From Smithellaceae bacterium (lineage in GTDB: Bacteria > Desulfobacterota > Syntrophia > Syntrophales > Smithellaceae): a stretch of DNA of 63,365 nt. Under the pieces are notes generated by a model that saw only the letters and a program-made list of their open reading frames with translations, did no database searches and was not told where the DNA came from. The position numbers were made by a program, and so were the translations under genes. The stretch is taken from contig DAOTJI010000004.1 of assembly GCA_035448625.1 (NCBI GenBank), positions 1 to 63,365 of the forward strand, in the 5' to 3' direction. Shown one piece after another: positions 19,630 to 29,626 of this stretch; position 1 is the stretch's first letter; each line of letters starts with the position of its first letter.

Positions 19630-20673
19630 CTACCGGACCGCTTCGTCCGTTTTCTCTTCGCGTTTCATCAAGTTGCGAAAACGGATTGTTGCGTCATGAT
19701 GGGCGATGAGTGACGAGGAAAAGAAGTGGGTTCCGTCCCCTTTGGAAACAAAATAGAGGTAATTCACGTCCGCAGGATGAAGAACCGCCTGAAAAGAATC
19801 CAGCCCGGGGCTCGCTATGGGCCCGGGCGGCAGACCGCGAATCCGGTAGGTATTGTAAGGAGATTCACGCTTATAGTGGGCTCTCGTCACTTTTCCCGTA
19901 AAATTCTTGAGGTCGTAAACGGCCGTGGGATCGCACTGGAGCGGCATCCCCTTTTTCAAACGATTGTAGAAAACGGCCGCAATCAGAGGCTTTTCCGCGG
20001 CATATCCGGATTCCTTGCCCACCAACGACGCAAAGGTCACGAATTGATTTACATTCAATCCTTTTTGGGCGGCCTGACGGATCATTTCCGCAGAGACCCT
20101 GGCCTGAAAACGTTCCACCATCATGCGCATGATTTGGCGGGTAGTCATGGACCGGTCCAGAAAATACGTGTCGGGGAAAAGATATCCTTCCATCGAGGAA
20201 CTCTGGATGCCCAGAGATGACAAAAATTCCCTGTTTTGCGCCAGTTCAAAAAAGTCCTTTTCGTTGATCAATTTGTATTCCATGAGACGCGAGGCGACCT
20301 GCGGAAGCGAACTGTCTTCAAAAACGGTGACGCGATATTTTTTGATGTCTCCATGAAGAAGCTTGTCCGCAAGCATGGAAGGAGAAAGGTTCGCGGCAAA
20401 TTCATACTCCCCGGCACGCACCGACCGGGCTCCTCCTTTTACGGTGACCAATACATGAAACAGAAACCGGTTCCGGACCAGGCCCGCGTCGTGGAGAATG
20501 TTGATGACCCGAATCAGGCTGGAGCCCGTAGGAATGTCCACCACAATGCTTTTATCTTTCGCCGAATCCAAAGGCGTCACGGCATAGATGAACAACAGCG
20601 CGCCCAACACGACGACCACGATCGCGGGCAGGGACAAAAGGTAAAACAGCGCTTTTCTTGTCTTGGATTTCAC
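19630..20673 (-). CDS. mltG: Endolytic murein transglycosylase MltG (YceG family)
   Basis: N-terminal TM, then a YceG domain with the hallmark EGYLFPDTY motif. Confidence 0.9.
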   Translation of the reverse strand: MKSKTRKALFYLLSLPAIVVVVLGALLFIYAVTPLDSAKDKSIVVDIPTGSSLIRVINILHDAGLVRNRFLFHVLVTVKGGARSVRAGEYEFAANLSPSMLADKLLHGDIKKYRVTVFEDSSLPQVASRLMEYKLINEKDFFELAQNREFLSSLGIQSSSMEGYLFPDTYFLDRSMTTRQIMRMMVERFQARVSAEMIRQAAQKGLNVNQFVTFASLVGKESGYAAEKPLIAAVFYNRLKKGMPLQCDPTAVYDLKNFTGKVTRAHYKRESPYNTYRIRGLPPGPIASPGLDSFQAVLHPADVNYLYFVSKGDGTHFFSSSLIAHHDATIRFRNLMKREEKTDEAVR

Positions 20674-20713
20674 GGCTCATCCCCTGGCGCCAAAACGGCA
20701 AGTCCGGCCGGGC

Positions 20714-21139
20714 TCAGCCCGGTTCGCGCCTTCCGGCGTCGTCCAGATAATCCTGCAGAATCAGACATGCCGCCAGTTGATCGACCTTATCTTTCCGCTT
20801 GCGCCAGCGGATGCCGGAGGTTCTCAGAATGTCTTCCGCTTCTTTGGTCGTCAGGGTTTCCGGCCATTTCGTCACCGGCAGCATAAAAGTTTCAGCAAGC
20901 CACCGGGCAAACCGGTTGACTTTTTCACACTGAATGCCTTCCGAACCGTCGATGCGCACCGGATAGCCGATGACAATTTTCTGCACCGAATAATCGAGGA
21001 GGCACCGGCGTAAAAATTCCAGATCATTTTTCCTGGTTTTGCGAATCAGCGTGGGCAGCCCCTGGGCGGTCAATCCCAGCTCGTCGCTCACCGCCAGACC
21101 GATTCGCTTTTCCCCGTAATCCACTCCCAGAATGCGCAA
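20714..21139 (-). CDS. ruvX: Holliday-junction-resolvase-like nuclease RuvX (YqgF)
   Basis: MRILGVDYGEKRIGLAVSD N-terminus, ~140 aa, upstream of mltG as in many genomes. Confidence 0.9.
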   Translation of the reverse strand: MRILGVDYGEKRIGLAVSDELGLTAQGLPTLIRKTRKNDLEFLRRCLLDYSVQKIVIGYPVRIDGSEGIQCEKVNRFARWLAETFMLPVTKWPETLTTKEAEDILRTSGIRWRKRKDKVDQLAACLILQDYLDDAGRREPG

Positions 21140-21239
21140 AGATCACCTCTGGTTGTTTTTCTAACAATTCCAAACTGCATTTTCAAGAAGTAAATCACGG
21201 CCCGTTTTCGGGGCGAAGCCGCTTCCATAAATAACTGGT

Positions 21240-21248
21240 TGTTAAAAT
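21240..21248 (+). promoter_or_regulatory. Candidate extended -10 element (TGTTAAAAT) for selB
   Basis: TGnTAAAAT at 21240-21248, about 55 nt upstream of the selB ATG. There is no good -35. Confidence 0.3.
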
Positions 21249-21302
21249 GAGGGGAGTTTGTTATTTGAATTCATCTTGAGAAGCGAACCAGCGGGAAGAA
21301 GC

Positions 21303-23216
21303 ATGCAGCATTTCGTTTTGGGAACAGCCGGCCACGTTGACCACGGAAAGACATCGCTGATCAAAGCTCTTACGGGCGTCGACACCGATCGTCTCAAGGA
21401 GGAAAAGGAAAGGGGCATCACCATCGAGCTGGGCTTTGCCTCTCTTTCGCTCCCCTCCGGCCGCACGCTGGGCATCGTCGACGTGCCGGGGCATGAAAAG
21501 TTCATCCGGAACATGGTGGCCGGAGCCGCAGGCATCGACCTGGTTCTGATGGTCATCGCCGCGGATGAAGGCGTCATGCCGCAAACGAAGGAGCATTTGC
21601 AGATCTGCTCGCTTCTGGGCATTACGACCGGTCTGGTCGCGCTCACCAAAATCGATCTGGTGGAAAAAGAATGGCTGGAACTGGTGCAATCGGAAATCAC
21701 CGAATATCTGCAGGACACGTTTCTCGCCGGCGCCCCGATTGTACCGGTCTGTGCGTCTCAGGGGCAGGGCATTCCGGAACTGCTTGGGGAAATCGACAAA
21801 ACCGTCCGCCGGCTCGGGGAAAAAACCGATGACGGCATCTTCCGCCTGCCGGTGGACCGGATTTTTACGATGAAAGGCTTCGGCACGGTCGTGACCGGAA
21901 CCCTGATTTCCGACAAGATCAAAATCGGGGAAGAAGTGCAGATCCTGCCCGACAAGATATCCGCGCGCATTCGCGGCATTCAGGTGCACAACCGGTCCAC
22001 GGAAGAAGCCTTCTCCGGACAGCGCACCGCGCTGAATCTTCAGGGCATTGAAAAATCGACGCTCGAACGGGGCAATGTTCTGGTGAGGCCGCAAACCGCC
22101 TGGCCCACCGAGCGGCTGGATGTGTTTTTCGAGTACCTGTCCTCCAATACCCGGAAGCTGAAAAACCGGTCTCTGGCGCGCCTGCACACCGGCACGGCGG
22201 AAATCATGGCGCGCATCGTTCTGCTGGATGCGGACGAACTTTCTCCCGGCGAAGCCTCCTTCGCCCAGCTGATTCTGGAGAACGAAGACGTGGCGGTGGG
22301 AGGGGATCATTTCGTGCTGCGCAGCTACTCTCCCGTCACGACCATCGGCGGCGGGCGGATTCTCGACCCGCAGCCCGGCAAGCACAAAAGAAAAAATCCA
22401 AAAATTCTGGAGGACCTGAAGATTCTGCAAAGCGGCGCACTGCCGGAGAAAATCCTTGTGCTGCTGGATCGCGCCGGCTTTACCGGCATCGCCATCCGCA
22501 GGCTCGCTTTTCGTCTGGGGGTGTCCGTCAAAAAAATCCGGGAAGCACTGGAAAAATTATTTTCCGACCGCCGGGCGATTCTGCTCTCCGGCGAAGACAC
22601 CACGGCGCTTTCCGCAGACCTTTACGCGCACCTGGAGGAATTGCTGATCCAAAGCCTCGCGGACTATCACCGAAGCCATCCTCTGAAGGAAGGCATCTCC
22701 AAAGAGGAACTCAAGGCGGCGCTTCCGGAGGCGGTATCCGGAAAACTTTTCAACATGGTCCTCGCCGGCCTCGGCAGGAAGGAACGGATCGCCAGCGACA
22801 AGGACCATGTCCGTCTGGCATCTCATCATGTTCGGCTGGAGGGAGAGGAAGACGCTTTACGGCAGGACATCGCATCGGTTTACGCGCAGGCGGGACTGGC
22901 GCCGCCTTCCCTTTCCGATGTGATGGCCCGATTCAGCCATCAGAAGGAACAGGCGCAAAATATCGTCCGGCTGATGATCCAGGACGGCGATCTCGTGAAA
23001 ATCAATGAAGAGCTGTGTTTCGCGCGGGCGGCCCTGGATAAACTGCGAGAGGACTACAAGTCGAAGCTGATCCGGGACGGTCGGGCCACGCCGGCCACGT
23101 TTAAAGATTTAACCGGACTGTCCCGCAAATACATCATCCCGCTCATGGAATATTTTGACGCCAGCAAACTGACGGTGCGGGTAGAAGACCACCGGATCCT
23201 GCGGGAAAAACCCTGA
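21303..23216 (+). CDS. selB: Selenocysteine-specific elongation factor SelB
   Basis: [20 protein letters not shown]1 motif, DVPGHEKF and TKIDL motifs, and a long C-terminal winged-helix region typical of SelB. Start at MQHF (21303). Confidence 0.93.
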   Translation: MQHFVLGTAGHVDHGKTSLIKALTGVDTDRLKEEKERGITIELGFASLSLPSGRTLGIVDVPGHEKFIRNMVAGAAGIDLVLMVIAADEGVMPQTKEHLQICSLLGITTGLVALTKIDLVEKEWLELVQSEITEYLQDTFLAGAPIVPVCASQGQGIPELLGEIDKTVRRLGEKTDDGIFRLPVDRIFTMKGFGTVVTGTLISDKIKIGEEVQILPDKISARIRGIQVHNRSTEEAFSGQRTALNLQGIEKSTLERGNVLVRPQTAWPTERLDVFFEYLSSNTRKLKNRSLARLHTGTAEIMARIVLLDADELSPGEASFAQLILENEDVAVGGDHFVLRSYSPVTTIGGGRILDPQPGKHKRKNPKILEDLKILQSGALPEKILVLLDRAGFTGIAIRRLAFRLGVSVKKIREALEKLFSDRRAILLSGEDTTALSADLYAHLEELLIQSLADYHRSHPLKEGISKEELKAALPEAVSGKLFNMVLAGLGRKERIASDKDHVRLASHHVRLEGEEDALRQDIASVYAQAGLAPPSLSDVMARFSHQKEQAQNIVRLMIQDGDLVKINEELCFARAALDKLREDYKSKLIRDGRATPATFKDLTGLSRKYIIPLMEYFDASKLTVRVEDHRILREKP

Positions 23217-23243
23217 GATCCATTCTTCAGAAAGGCGGTTCAT

Positions 23244-24200
23244 TTGAAAACCAAAAACCTCTATCTTCAAGACATCCGGCCCGGCGATAAAATTGCTTCT
23301 TCGTTTCTGGTCACGGAAAAAAACATGGCCTTTTCCCAGAAAGGGTCGGCTTACCTGAATGTCCGGCTCAAGGATAAAACGGGGGAAATCGACGCCAAGG
23401 TCTGGGACAACGCCGTGGCGCTGGACCGCGTCTTTAAGAAAGGCGATGTCATTGCGGTGGAAGGCCGCGCGCAAAGCTACCGAAACGCAGTCCAGATTTC
23501 CATCCTCACGGCCAAACCCTGCGACCGGGAGGACATCGATCCATCGGACTACCTGCCGGCCAGCAAACTGGATACCGCGGCGATGTTCGAAAACCTGTGC
23601 GCGTTCGTCGGCACGATATCCTCCGAGCCGCTGAAAAAACTGCTGGACGCCTTTTTGAAAGACGAAAAGACGGCTGATCTACTCCGCAGGGCACCGGCGG
23701 CCAAAGGGTTTCATCACATTTACCTGGGCGGCCTGCTGGAGCACACGCTTTCCGTGGTCCGCCTGCTCGACCAAGCCGCCGAACATTATCCCCAGTTGAA
23801 CCGGGACCTGTTGATCGCGGGCGGCATCCTGCACGACATCGGCAAAATTTATGAATTTTCCTACGACAAAATGGTGGAATACAGCGATGAAGGGCGGATG
23901 ATCGGTCATCTGGTCATGGGCGTGGAGATGATCAATCAAAAAATAGCCCTGATCGATGATTTTCCCGAGCGGCTCGCGCTTGAACTGAGACATATTATCC
24001 TGAGCCACCACGGCGAATTCGAGTTCGGCTCGCCCAAACGCCCGAAAACCAGGGAAGCGCTGGTCATTCATTTTATGGACGACCTCGACGCCAAACTCAA
24101 CGCATTCGAGAGTTTCATCGAGGCCGACGCCGCCAACACAAACTCGGAATGGACAGCCTACAACCGTTTTTTCGAGCGCTATCTGTATAAAGGCAAGTAA
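23244..24200 (+). CDS. OB-fold + HD-domain protein, YhaM-like 3'-5' exoribonuclease family
   Basis: N-terminal OB-fold-like segment, then HD motifs (HHIYLGGLLEHT, LHDIGK, SHHG). TTG start with an AAAGGCGG RBS. Confidence 0.7.
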   Translation: MKTKNLYLQDIRPGDKIASSFLVTEKNMAFSQKGSAYLNVRLKDKTGEIDAKVWDNAVALDRVFKKGDVIAVEGRAQSYRNAVQISILTAKPCDREDIDPSDYLPASKLDTAAMFENLCAFVGTISSEPLKKLLDAFLKDEKTADLLRRAPAAKGFHHIYLGGLLEHTLSVVRLLDQAAEHYPQLNRDLLIAGGILHDIGKIYEFSYDKMVEYSDEGRMIGHLVMGVEMINQKIALIDDFPERLALELRHIILSHHGEFEFGSPKRPKTREALVIHFMDDLDAKLNAFESFIEADAANTNSEWTAYNRFFERYLYKGK

Positions 24201-24311
24201 GGCATCGCGGCCTTCACGCCGGAAGAAATACAAAAAGGGCTCTTCCACGCACGCGAAAAGCCCCTTGTGGCAAATGCCGCCTCAAAAGCATTGGTTTTCC
24301 TTCCGTTCTTT

Positions 24312-24929
24312 CTACTTTTTCAGCGCGGCAAGCGTCTCTTCCAGGTGTTTCTGCGCAATCTTGCCGGCGACGACGGCCCTCGGGGTTTCACCGAACGCGT
24401 CCACGTTGTTCAATTCGGCCATAACGCTTCGAAGTCCGGCATCAAAAGAAAACGCCCTTACATTCTTGTTGAAATTCGTCTCTTTGCCGTATTTCGTGAC
24501 GAAAGACGCCGCCTGTTCACTGATGAGGATTCCGTTGGCGGGATTTCCATCCTGGTCCAGCGTCTGCAGCAGCACGCAAATATTCACCACCCGCTGGTCG
24601 GAAGCATCCTTGGCGTCGGGCACCAGATCCAGCACGGTGACCACCGGCTTTCCGGCCGCGGATCCCAGCGCCAGTTCGCCCACGGAAAAGGCAACGGTTT
24701 CACCGGCCCTGTACTCAAATACGCCGTCCGCCTTTGTGACGCCTTTCTGTGACGGGGTCGCATAGTTAATCCCGCCCACCGGACCATCCATAAAGACGCC
24801 TTTTAAAGCGGGCGGTGCGCTGCTGACGCTGCTGCCCAGAAAACCGCAGCCGGTAATCAGCATGGCGAGAAGAATTCCTGAAACCGACCAGACAAAACAA
24901 CGCATCAGAAAATTTGCTTTCTTCATCAT
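24312..24929 (-). CDS. Lipoprotein of unknown function
   Basis: Start at MMKKANFLMR (RBS AGAGGAG). Signal peptide with the lipobox LITGC. I recognise no family. Confidence 0.6.
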   Translation of the reverse strand: MMKKANFLMRCFVWSVSGILLAMLITGCGFLGSSVSSAPPALKGVFMDGPVGGINYATPSQKGVTKADGVFEYRAGETVAFSVGELALGSAAGKPVVTVLDLVPDAKDASDQRVVNICVLLQTLDQDGNPANGILISEQAASFVTKYGKETNFNKNVRAFSFDAGLRSVMAELNNVDAFGETPRAVVAGKIAQKHLEETLAALKK

Positions 24930-25028
24930 GCAACTCCTCTCTTCAATTTTTAAAATTTGTTTTTCCATATTATACACGGACCGGATTGTCAATGATTGAA
25001 AAAAATATCTCCCGGTCCTCCATCCCGA

Positions 25029-26003
25029 TCATCGATGCTGGGCGGTTCGCGAAATCTGCAGGCGCCGGGGCTCCGAAAGCAGGCAACCGGCCGTGCAGAT
25101 TTCCGTGCAATTCCCGTCACATGGCTCAACATGAACCGTCACGGTAGCGGCGGGATACTGATCCATCATGGCATGCTTCAGCGCACGGGCGATCCCGTGG
25201 GAGGCCTCCACCGTCATTTGAGGATCGACCTTGATATGAAATTCAATAAAACGAAAGTTTCCGGCTTTGCGGGTCTTTAGCTGGTGATACCCGTGGATAT
25301 CCGGTTTGTGGCCGACAATCACATCGCGGATCCACCTCTCTTCGTCCGGTGACAATTTCACATCCATCAGATCACCGATCGCTTTGGCGCTCAAATCGTA
25401 AGCCGCCTTCAAAATAAACACGGCGACAAAGATGGCCGCGACCGGATCAAGCCAGTGAATGCGCGGATCGGCAAAGAAGAAATGGCTGATCCAGATGACG
25501 GCCAGGCTGAGCATGACGCCCACGGAGGTATAGACATCGGTTCGCAAATGCCAGGCGTCCGCCATGAGAGCAATGGAATCCGCTTCTTTGCCCACCGCGA
25601 AAAGTCGCCGGGATACAAAATAATTGAGGACGGCGGAAAGCAGCATCACTCCAACGCCCCAGCCGGGAGATTCCACTACCTGCGCGGACGTCAGTTTCTT
25701 GACGGATTCAAAAATAATCCAGAAGGCCGCAATAAAAATCAGGGAGGCTTCGATCAAGCCGGAAAGGCTTTCGACTTTGCCGTGGCCGAAGGGATGAACA
25801 TCGTCGGCCGGAAGATGCGATGTCTTGACGGAAAACATGGCGATGACCGCCGCCAGGAGATCCATACCGGAGTGAATCGCCTCGGATAGAATGGACACGG
25901 AGCCGATCAGCGCGCCGACAAAAACCTTGAAAATCACCAGGACGGTATTGGAAGCGACCGACAGTATCGCCACTCGTTCTTTGCGCTGCTGGATGGACAC
26001 CAA
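25029..26003 (-). CDS. Cation diffusion facilitator (CDF) metal efflux transporter with a Cys-rich C-terminal tail
   Basis: CDF TM core (SEAIHSGMDLLAA, HPFGHGKVE, ADAWHLRTD). Tail is VHVEPCDGNCTEICTAGC. Likely TTG/GVG start at 26003/26000 after GGGGGGA; the track's longer N-terminus is Arg-rich and overlaps epmB. Confidence 0.88.
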   Translation of the reverse strand: MVSIQQRKERVAILSVASNTVLVIFKVFVGALIGSVSILSEAIHSGMDLLAAVIAMFSVKTSHLPADDVHPFGHGKVESLSGLIEASLIFIAAFWIIFESVKKLTSAQVVESPGWGVGVMLLSAVLNYFVSRRLFAVGKEADSIALMADAWHLRTDVYTSVGVMLSLAVIWISHFFFADPRIHWLDPVAAIFVAVFILKAAYDLSAKAIGDLMDVKLSPDEERWIRDVIVGHKPDIHGYHQLKTRKAGNFRFIEFHIKVDPQMTVEASHGIARALKHAMMDQYPAATVTVHVEPCDGNCTEICTAGCLLSEPRRLQISRTAQHR

Positions 26004-26148
26004 TGGAAAATCCCCCCGTTTCTTTTTTTTTGAGCATATCACGACGGCCGGGAAATTTGCCATTTTTTTTGATCCGGACCACGAGGCGAATCTCTTTGCA
26101 TGGGAGGAAAATTGTGATAGGCAACCCTCGAAAAGAGTGACGGTTATC

Positions 26149-27237
26149 ATGCGCAAAAACTTTTTTTCCCGGTTTCCCGGCGGATCTTCCCGAAACTGGC
26201 AGGACTGGCGCTGGCAATTGCGCCATCGCGCGGCGTCCCCGGCTGCCTTGGCCCGGATTCTGGAAAGGCCGCGCGGCAACCGGCAGCAGATGGAACGGAT
26301 CATCCGTCGCTATCCCATGGCCATTACGCCATACTACCTGTCTCTCTTGGAGCCCGACCATGAAAACGACCCCCTGTCCCTGCAATGCATTCCGGATGTC
26401 CGGGAATACTCCTTTTCAGCCGGTCTGGCAAACGACCCTCTTGGGGAAGACCGCTCCATGCCCGTTCCGAATCTGATTCAGCGCTACCCCGACCGAGTGC
26501 TCGCCATCGTCACGCGCCGATGCGCCACCTACTGCAGGCATTGCAACCGCAAGCGATTCTGGAGCGTTCCCGAGCCCGGTTCCTTCAAAAGCCGCCTGGC
26601 CCGAATGATCCGCTACGTATCGGAAACCCCGCAGGTGCGGGAAGTCATCCTCTCCGGCGGCGACCCGCTCCTGTTCGACGATGAATCCCTGGAGGGGATT
26701 CTGTCTTCGTTTTCGTCCATACCGCATGTCGAGGTGCTGCGCATCGGCAGCCGCGCCCCCGCAGTCCTGCCCATGAGAATCACCCCGAACCTTTGCCGAA
26801 TCCTGAAACGGCATCGGCCGTTATGGTTCAACACCCAGTTCAACCACCCCTCGGAAATCACACCGGATGCGGCACGGGCCTGCAACCGGATCCAGGAAGC
26901 GGGAATTCCGGTTTCCAATCAGTCGGTTCTGCTCAAAGGCGTGAACGACTCGGCGGAAGTCATGCAAAACCTGCTCAACGGCTTGCAGAAGATATCCGTT
27001 CGTCCTTATTATCTTTTTCACTGCGAGCCCGCACGCGGATGCGGCCATTTCCGCACGGATGTCCGCACAGGGCTGGCCCTTATGGAAAAACTCCATCGAA
27101 GCTGCTCGGGCCTGGCGCTGCCGCAATACACGGCCGATCTGCCCGGTCCGGAGGGAAAAGTCCCCCTCTGGCCCCTGTCTAGGTCCATTCGGAGCGCTCT
27201 GCGAAAACATCAAGATTTTTTTGACAATTTTGAATAA
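26149..27237 (+). CDS. epmB: KamA-family radical SAM lysine 2,3-aminomutase, EF-P beta-lysylation enzyme EpmB
   Basis: NWQDWRWQL N-terminal motif and CATYCRHCNRK (CxxxCxxC). Lies immediately upstream of efp and epmA. Confidence 0.85.
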   Translation: MRKNFFSRFPGGSSRNWQDWRWQLRHRAASPAALARILERPRGNRQQMERIIRRYPMAITPYYLSLLEPDHENDPLSLQCIPDVREYSFSAGLANDPLGEDRSMPVPNLIQRYPDRVLAIVTRRCATYCRHCNRKRFWSVPEPGSFKSRLARMIRYVSETPQVREVILSGGDPLLFDDESLEGILSSFSSIPHVEVLRIGSRAPAVLPMRITPNLCRILKRHRPLWFNTQFNHPSEITPDAARACNRIQEAGIPVSNQSVLLKGVNDSAEVMQNLLNGLQKISVRPYYLFHCEPARGCGHFRTDVRTGLALMEKLHRSCSGLALPQYTADLPGPEGKVPLWPLSRSIRSALRKHQDFFDNFE

Positions 27238-27299
27238 TTGGATTAGGAAGAGCGCGAACAGATTGATTCAGAGTCGCCAACGAAGGAGAAAAACTTTTT

Positions 27300-27863
27300 A
27301 TGTACACCGCCAGTGATTTGAGAAAAGGCCTGCGCCTGAAAATCGACAATGATCCCTACGTAATCACCGAGTTCAACTTTGTCAAACCGGGAAAGGGACA
27401 GGCGCTTTACCGTTGCAAATTAAAAAACATGCTCACCGGAAGCCAGTTTGAACGGACCTTCCGCTCCGTCGATGTTTTCGAGCCGGCCGACCTGCGCGAA
27501 AAGAAGATGCAGTACCTGTACAAGGAAGGCGACAAATTCTGCTTCATGGACAATGAAACCTTCGAGCAGGTTTATCTGACCGAGGAGCAGGTCGGAGACG
27601 CGGTAAATTTTCTGCTCGACAACATCGAAGTTGAAATCCTGCTTTTTGAGGACCGCCCCATCGGCATCAGCCTGCCCAATTTCGTAGAGGTGGTCGTCAC
27701 CGAGGCCGAGCCGTGGGCCAAGGGCGATACGGTGTCCGGAGCGACCAAACCCGTCAAGGTGCAGACCGGCTACACGATCCTGGTGCCGACCTTCATCAGT
27801 GAAGGCGAAAAAATTCGCATCGACACGCGCACGGGAGAATATCTGACGCGGGTCAAAGGCTAG
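27300..27863 (+). CDS. efp: Translation elongation factor P
   Basis: 187 aa with the KPGKGQA loop carrying the modifiable Lys. Confidence 0.96.
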   Translation: MYTASDLRKGLRLKIDNDPYVITEFNFVKPGKGQALYRCKLKNMLTGSQFERTFRSVDVFEPADLREKKMQYLYKEGDKFCFMDNETFEQVYLTEEQVGDAVNFLLDNIEVEILLFEDRPIGISLPNFVEVVVTEAEPWAKGDTVSGATKPVKVQTGYTILVPTFISEGEKIRIDTRTGEYLTRVKG

Positions 27864-27868
27864 CCGCT

Positions 27869-28807
27869 TTGAACAGGATCTGTCAGGAGGATTCCTTTCG
27901 CCTGGCGCGTAAATCGCAGGCCCTGCGTCTGCGCGCCGAGTTCACCCAATGTCTTCGCCGTCAGTTCCTCGAGCAGGGCTTTCTGGAAGTGGAAACCCCC
28001 CTGCGCATCCCCTCGCCTGCTCCGGAAGAACACATTGACGCCCTCCCGTCGGGAAGCTGGTTTTTACAGACCTCCCCCGAACTTTGCATGAAAAGACTTC
28101 TGGCCGCCGGTTATCCCCGAATCTTCCAGTTTTGCAAATGCTTTCGCGCGGGCGAAAGAGGCGACCGGCACCTGCCGGAATTTTCAATGCTCGAGTGGTA
28201 TGTCCTCCATGCCGACTATCAAATCCTCATGAGCCAGTGCGAAGCGATTCTCCAATGTGCCTTTGCGGAGGCCGGTCATCCCGAAAAGATCGTCCGGCAG
28301 CATCGAACCATCCACCTGTCGCTTCCCTGGGAAAGAATCACGGTGGCGGAAGCCTTTGGTCGGTACGCTCCCGTCCGTTTGCACGACGCTTTGGCCGGCG
28401 GCCGCTTTGACGAAGTCTTGACCGAATACGTCGAGCCCAACCTCGGCAGCGAGCGCCCGGTGTTTCTTTTCGATTATCCGGCTCCCCTGGCGGCTCTGGC
28501 AAAAATAAAAGAGGATGATCCGGCCGTGGCGGAGCGCTTCGAGCTCTACATCGGCGGCATGGAAATCGCCAACGGATTTTCGGAGCTGACCGATGCAACG
28601 GAGCAGAGACGGCGCTTTGAGGAAGCCCTCGAGGCGCGGGCAGCGAAACATCTGACCCGCTACGCCATGCCGGAAACGTTTCTGTCGTCTTTGAAAAACC
28701 TGCCCCCCTGCGCCGGAATCGCGCTCGGCCTGGACCGGATGATCATGATTCTGGCCGACAAGCCCAACATTGACGACGTCATCGCCTTCCCGCCGGAAAT
28801 CCTCTAG
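27869..28807 (+). CDS. epmA: EF-P--(R)-beta-lysine ligase EpmA (GenX/PoxA, truncated LysRS paralog)
   Basis: Class II aaRS catalytic core without an anticodon domain (FLEVETP, FRAGERGDRHLPEFSMLEWY, GIALGLDR). The TTG start lies 5 nt after the efp stop. Confidence 0.88.
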   Translation: MNRICQEDSFRLARKSQALRLRAEFTQCLRRQFLEQGFLEVETPLRIPSPAPEEHIDALPSGSWFLQTSPELCMKRLLAAGYPRIFQFCKCFRAGERGDRHLPEFSMLEWYVLHADYQILMSQCEAILQCAFAEAGHPEKIVRQHRTIHLSLPWERITVAEAFGRYAPVRLHDALAGGRFDEVLTEYVEPNLGSERPVFLFDYPAPLAALAKIKEDDPAVAERFELYIGGMEIANGFSELTDATEQRRRFEEALEARAAKHLTRYAMPETFLSSLKNLPPCAGIALGLDRMIMILADKPNIDDVIAFPPEIL

Positions 28808-28825
28808 CCGCCGCAAAAAGATGTA

Positions 28826-28854
28826 TTGACAAGCCTTTTTTTTTCCTTTAGGTT
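28826..28854 (+). promoter_or_regulatory. Weak candidate promoter for tolQ (TTGACA-17 nt-TAGGTT)
   Basis: TTGACA at 28826-31 and TAGGTT at 28849-54, about 60 nt upstream of tolQ. Confidence 0.3.
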
Positions 28855-28914
28855 ACCCTGCAAATACAGACAGGATCATGGCATTAGAAAGCAAATAATT
28901 TTGGAGAGTTATAC

Positions 28915-29610
28915 ATGGAAAGCCATTTTCACGGTTCTCTGTTGGGCATGATTTTAGATGCGGGATTGATGGTTCAGTTCGTGCTCCTGATCCTGCTCGT
29001 CTTCTCCATTATTTCCTGGACGATTATTTTTATCAAATTCCGGGACTACCGCAGGATCCGCCTGGAAAACGAGGCCTTCGATTCCGAATACCGGAAGAGC
29101 ACGAAACTTTCCGACCTCCTCCCCGCTTCCAGGAAGTATGCCTTCTCCACGACGGCGAAGGTGTTCCGCGTCGGCTACACGGAAATGAACAAGGCAAACC
29201 GGCTCTCCCGGGATGCGGCACGGCCCGAAGAAATCAGCCTCTCCTCTCTGGACAACGTGGAACGAGCGCTCAACCGCGCCTCCAGCACGGAAATGACCAA
29301 ACTGGAGTCCGCACTGGGATTTCTGGCCACCACCGGCTCGGCCAGCCCCTTCATCGGTCTGTTCGGAACGGTCTGGGGAATCATGGAAACCTTCAAATCC
29401 ATCGGCGCGAGAGGCTCGGCGACGCTGGCCGTCGTGGCCCCCGGCATCTCCGAAGCGCTGATCGCTACGGCCGCAGGCCTTGCCGCGGCCATCCCCGCCG
29501 TCATTTTTTACAATTACTTTTTGAACAAATCCAGAACGATGGTGCAGGAAATGGACAATTTCGCGGATGAATTTCTGAACATCGTCGAACGCTATCTGAT
29601 TCGCAAGTAA
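28915..29610 (+). CDS. tolQ: Tol-Pal system proton channel TolQ (MotA/TolQ/ExbB family)
   Basis: Three TM segments and the GLFGTVWGIMETF motif. First gene of the tol cluster. Confidence 0.9.
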   Translation: MESHFHGSLLGMILDAGLMVQFVLLILLVFSIISWTIIFIKFRDYRRIRLENEAFDSEYRKSTKLSDLLPASRKYAFSTTAKVFRVGYTEMNKANRLSRDAARPEEISLSSLDNVERALNRASSTEMTKLESALGFLATTGSASPFIGLFGTVWGIMETFKSIGARGSATLAVVAPGISEALIATAAGLAAAIPAVIFYNYFLNKSRTMVQEMDNFADEFLNIVERYLIRK

Positions 29611-29626
29611 CCGGGATTCGGGTGAG

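Noticed and set aside
21140-21302. Searched the ruvX-selB gap and other intergenic gaps for tRNA-Sec or other tRNAs, and the whole window for CRISPR-like spaced repeats
   Set aside because: No cloverleaf-compatible sequence (no GTTCRANYC T-loop context) and no regularly spaced direct repeats were seen by eye. A tRNAscan or CRISPR-finder run would be the definitive check.
24960-25020. GGACCGG ... CCGGTCC inverted repeat after the CDF stop, considered as a terminator
   Set aside because: It has a 7-bp stem but a ~27-nt loop that contains a TTGACA hexamer from the lipoprotein gene's upstream region, and no U-tract. This is too weak to call.
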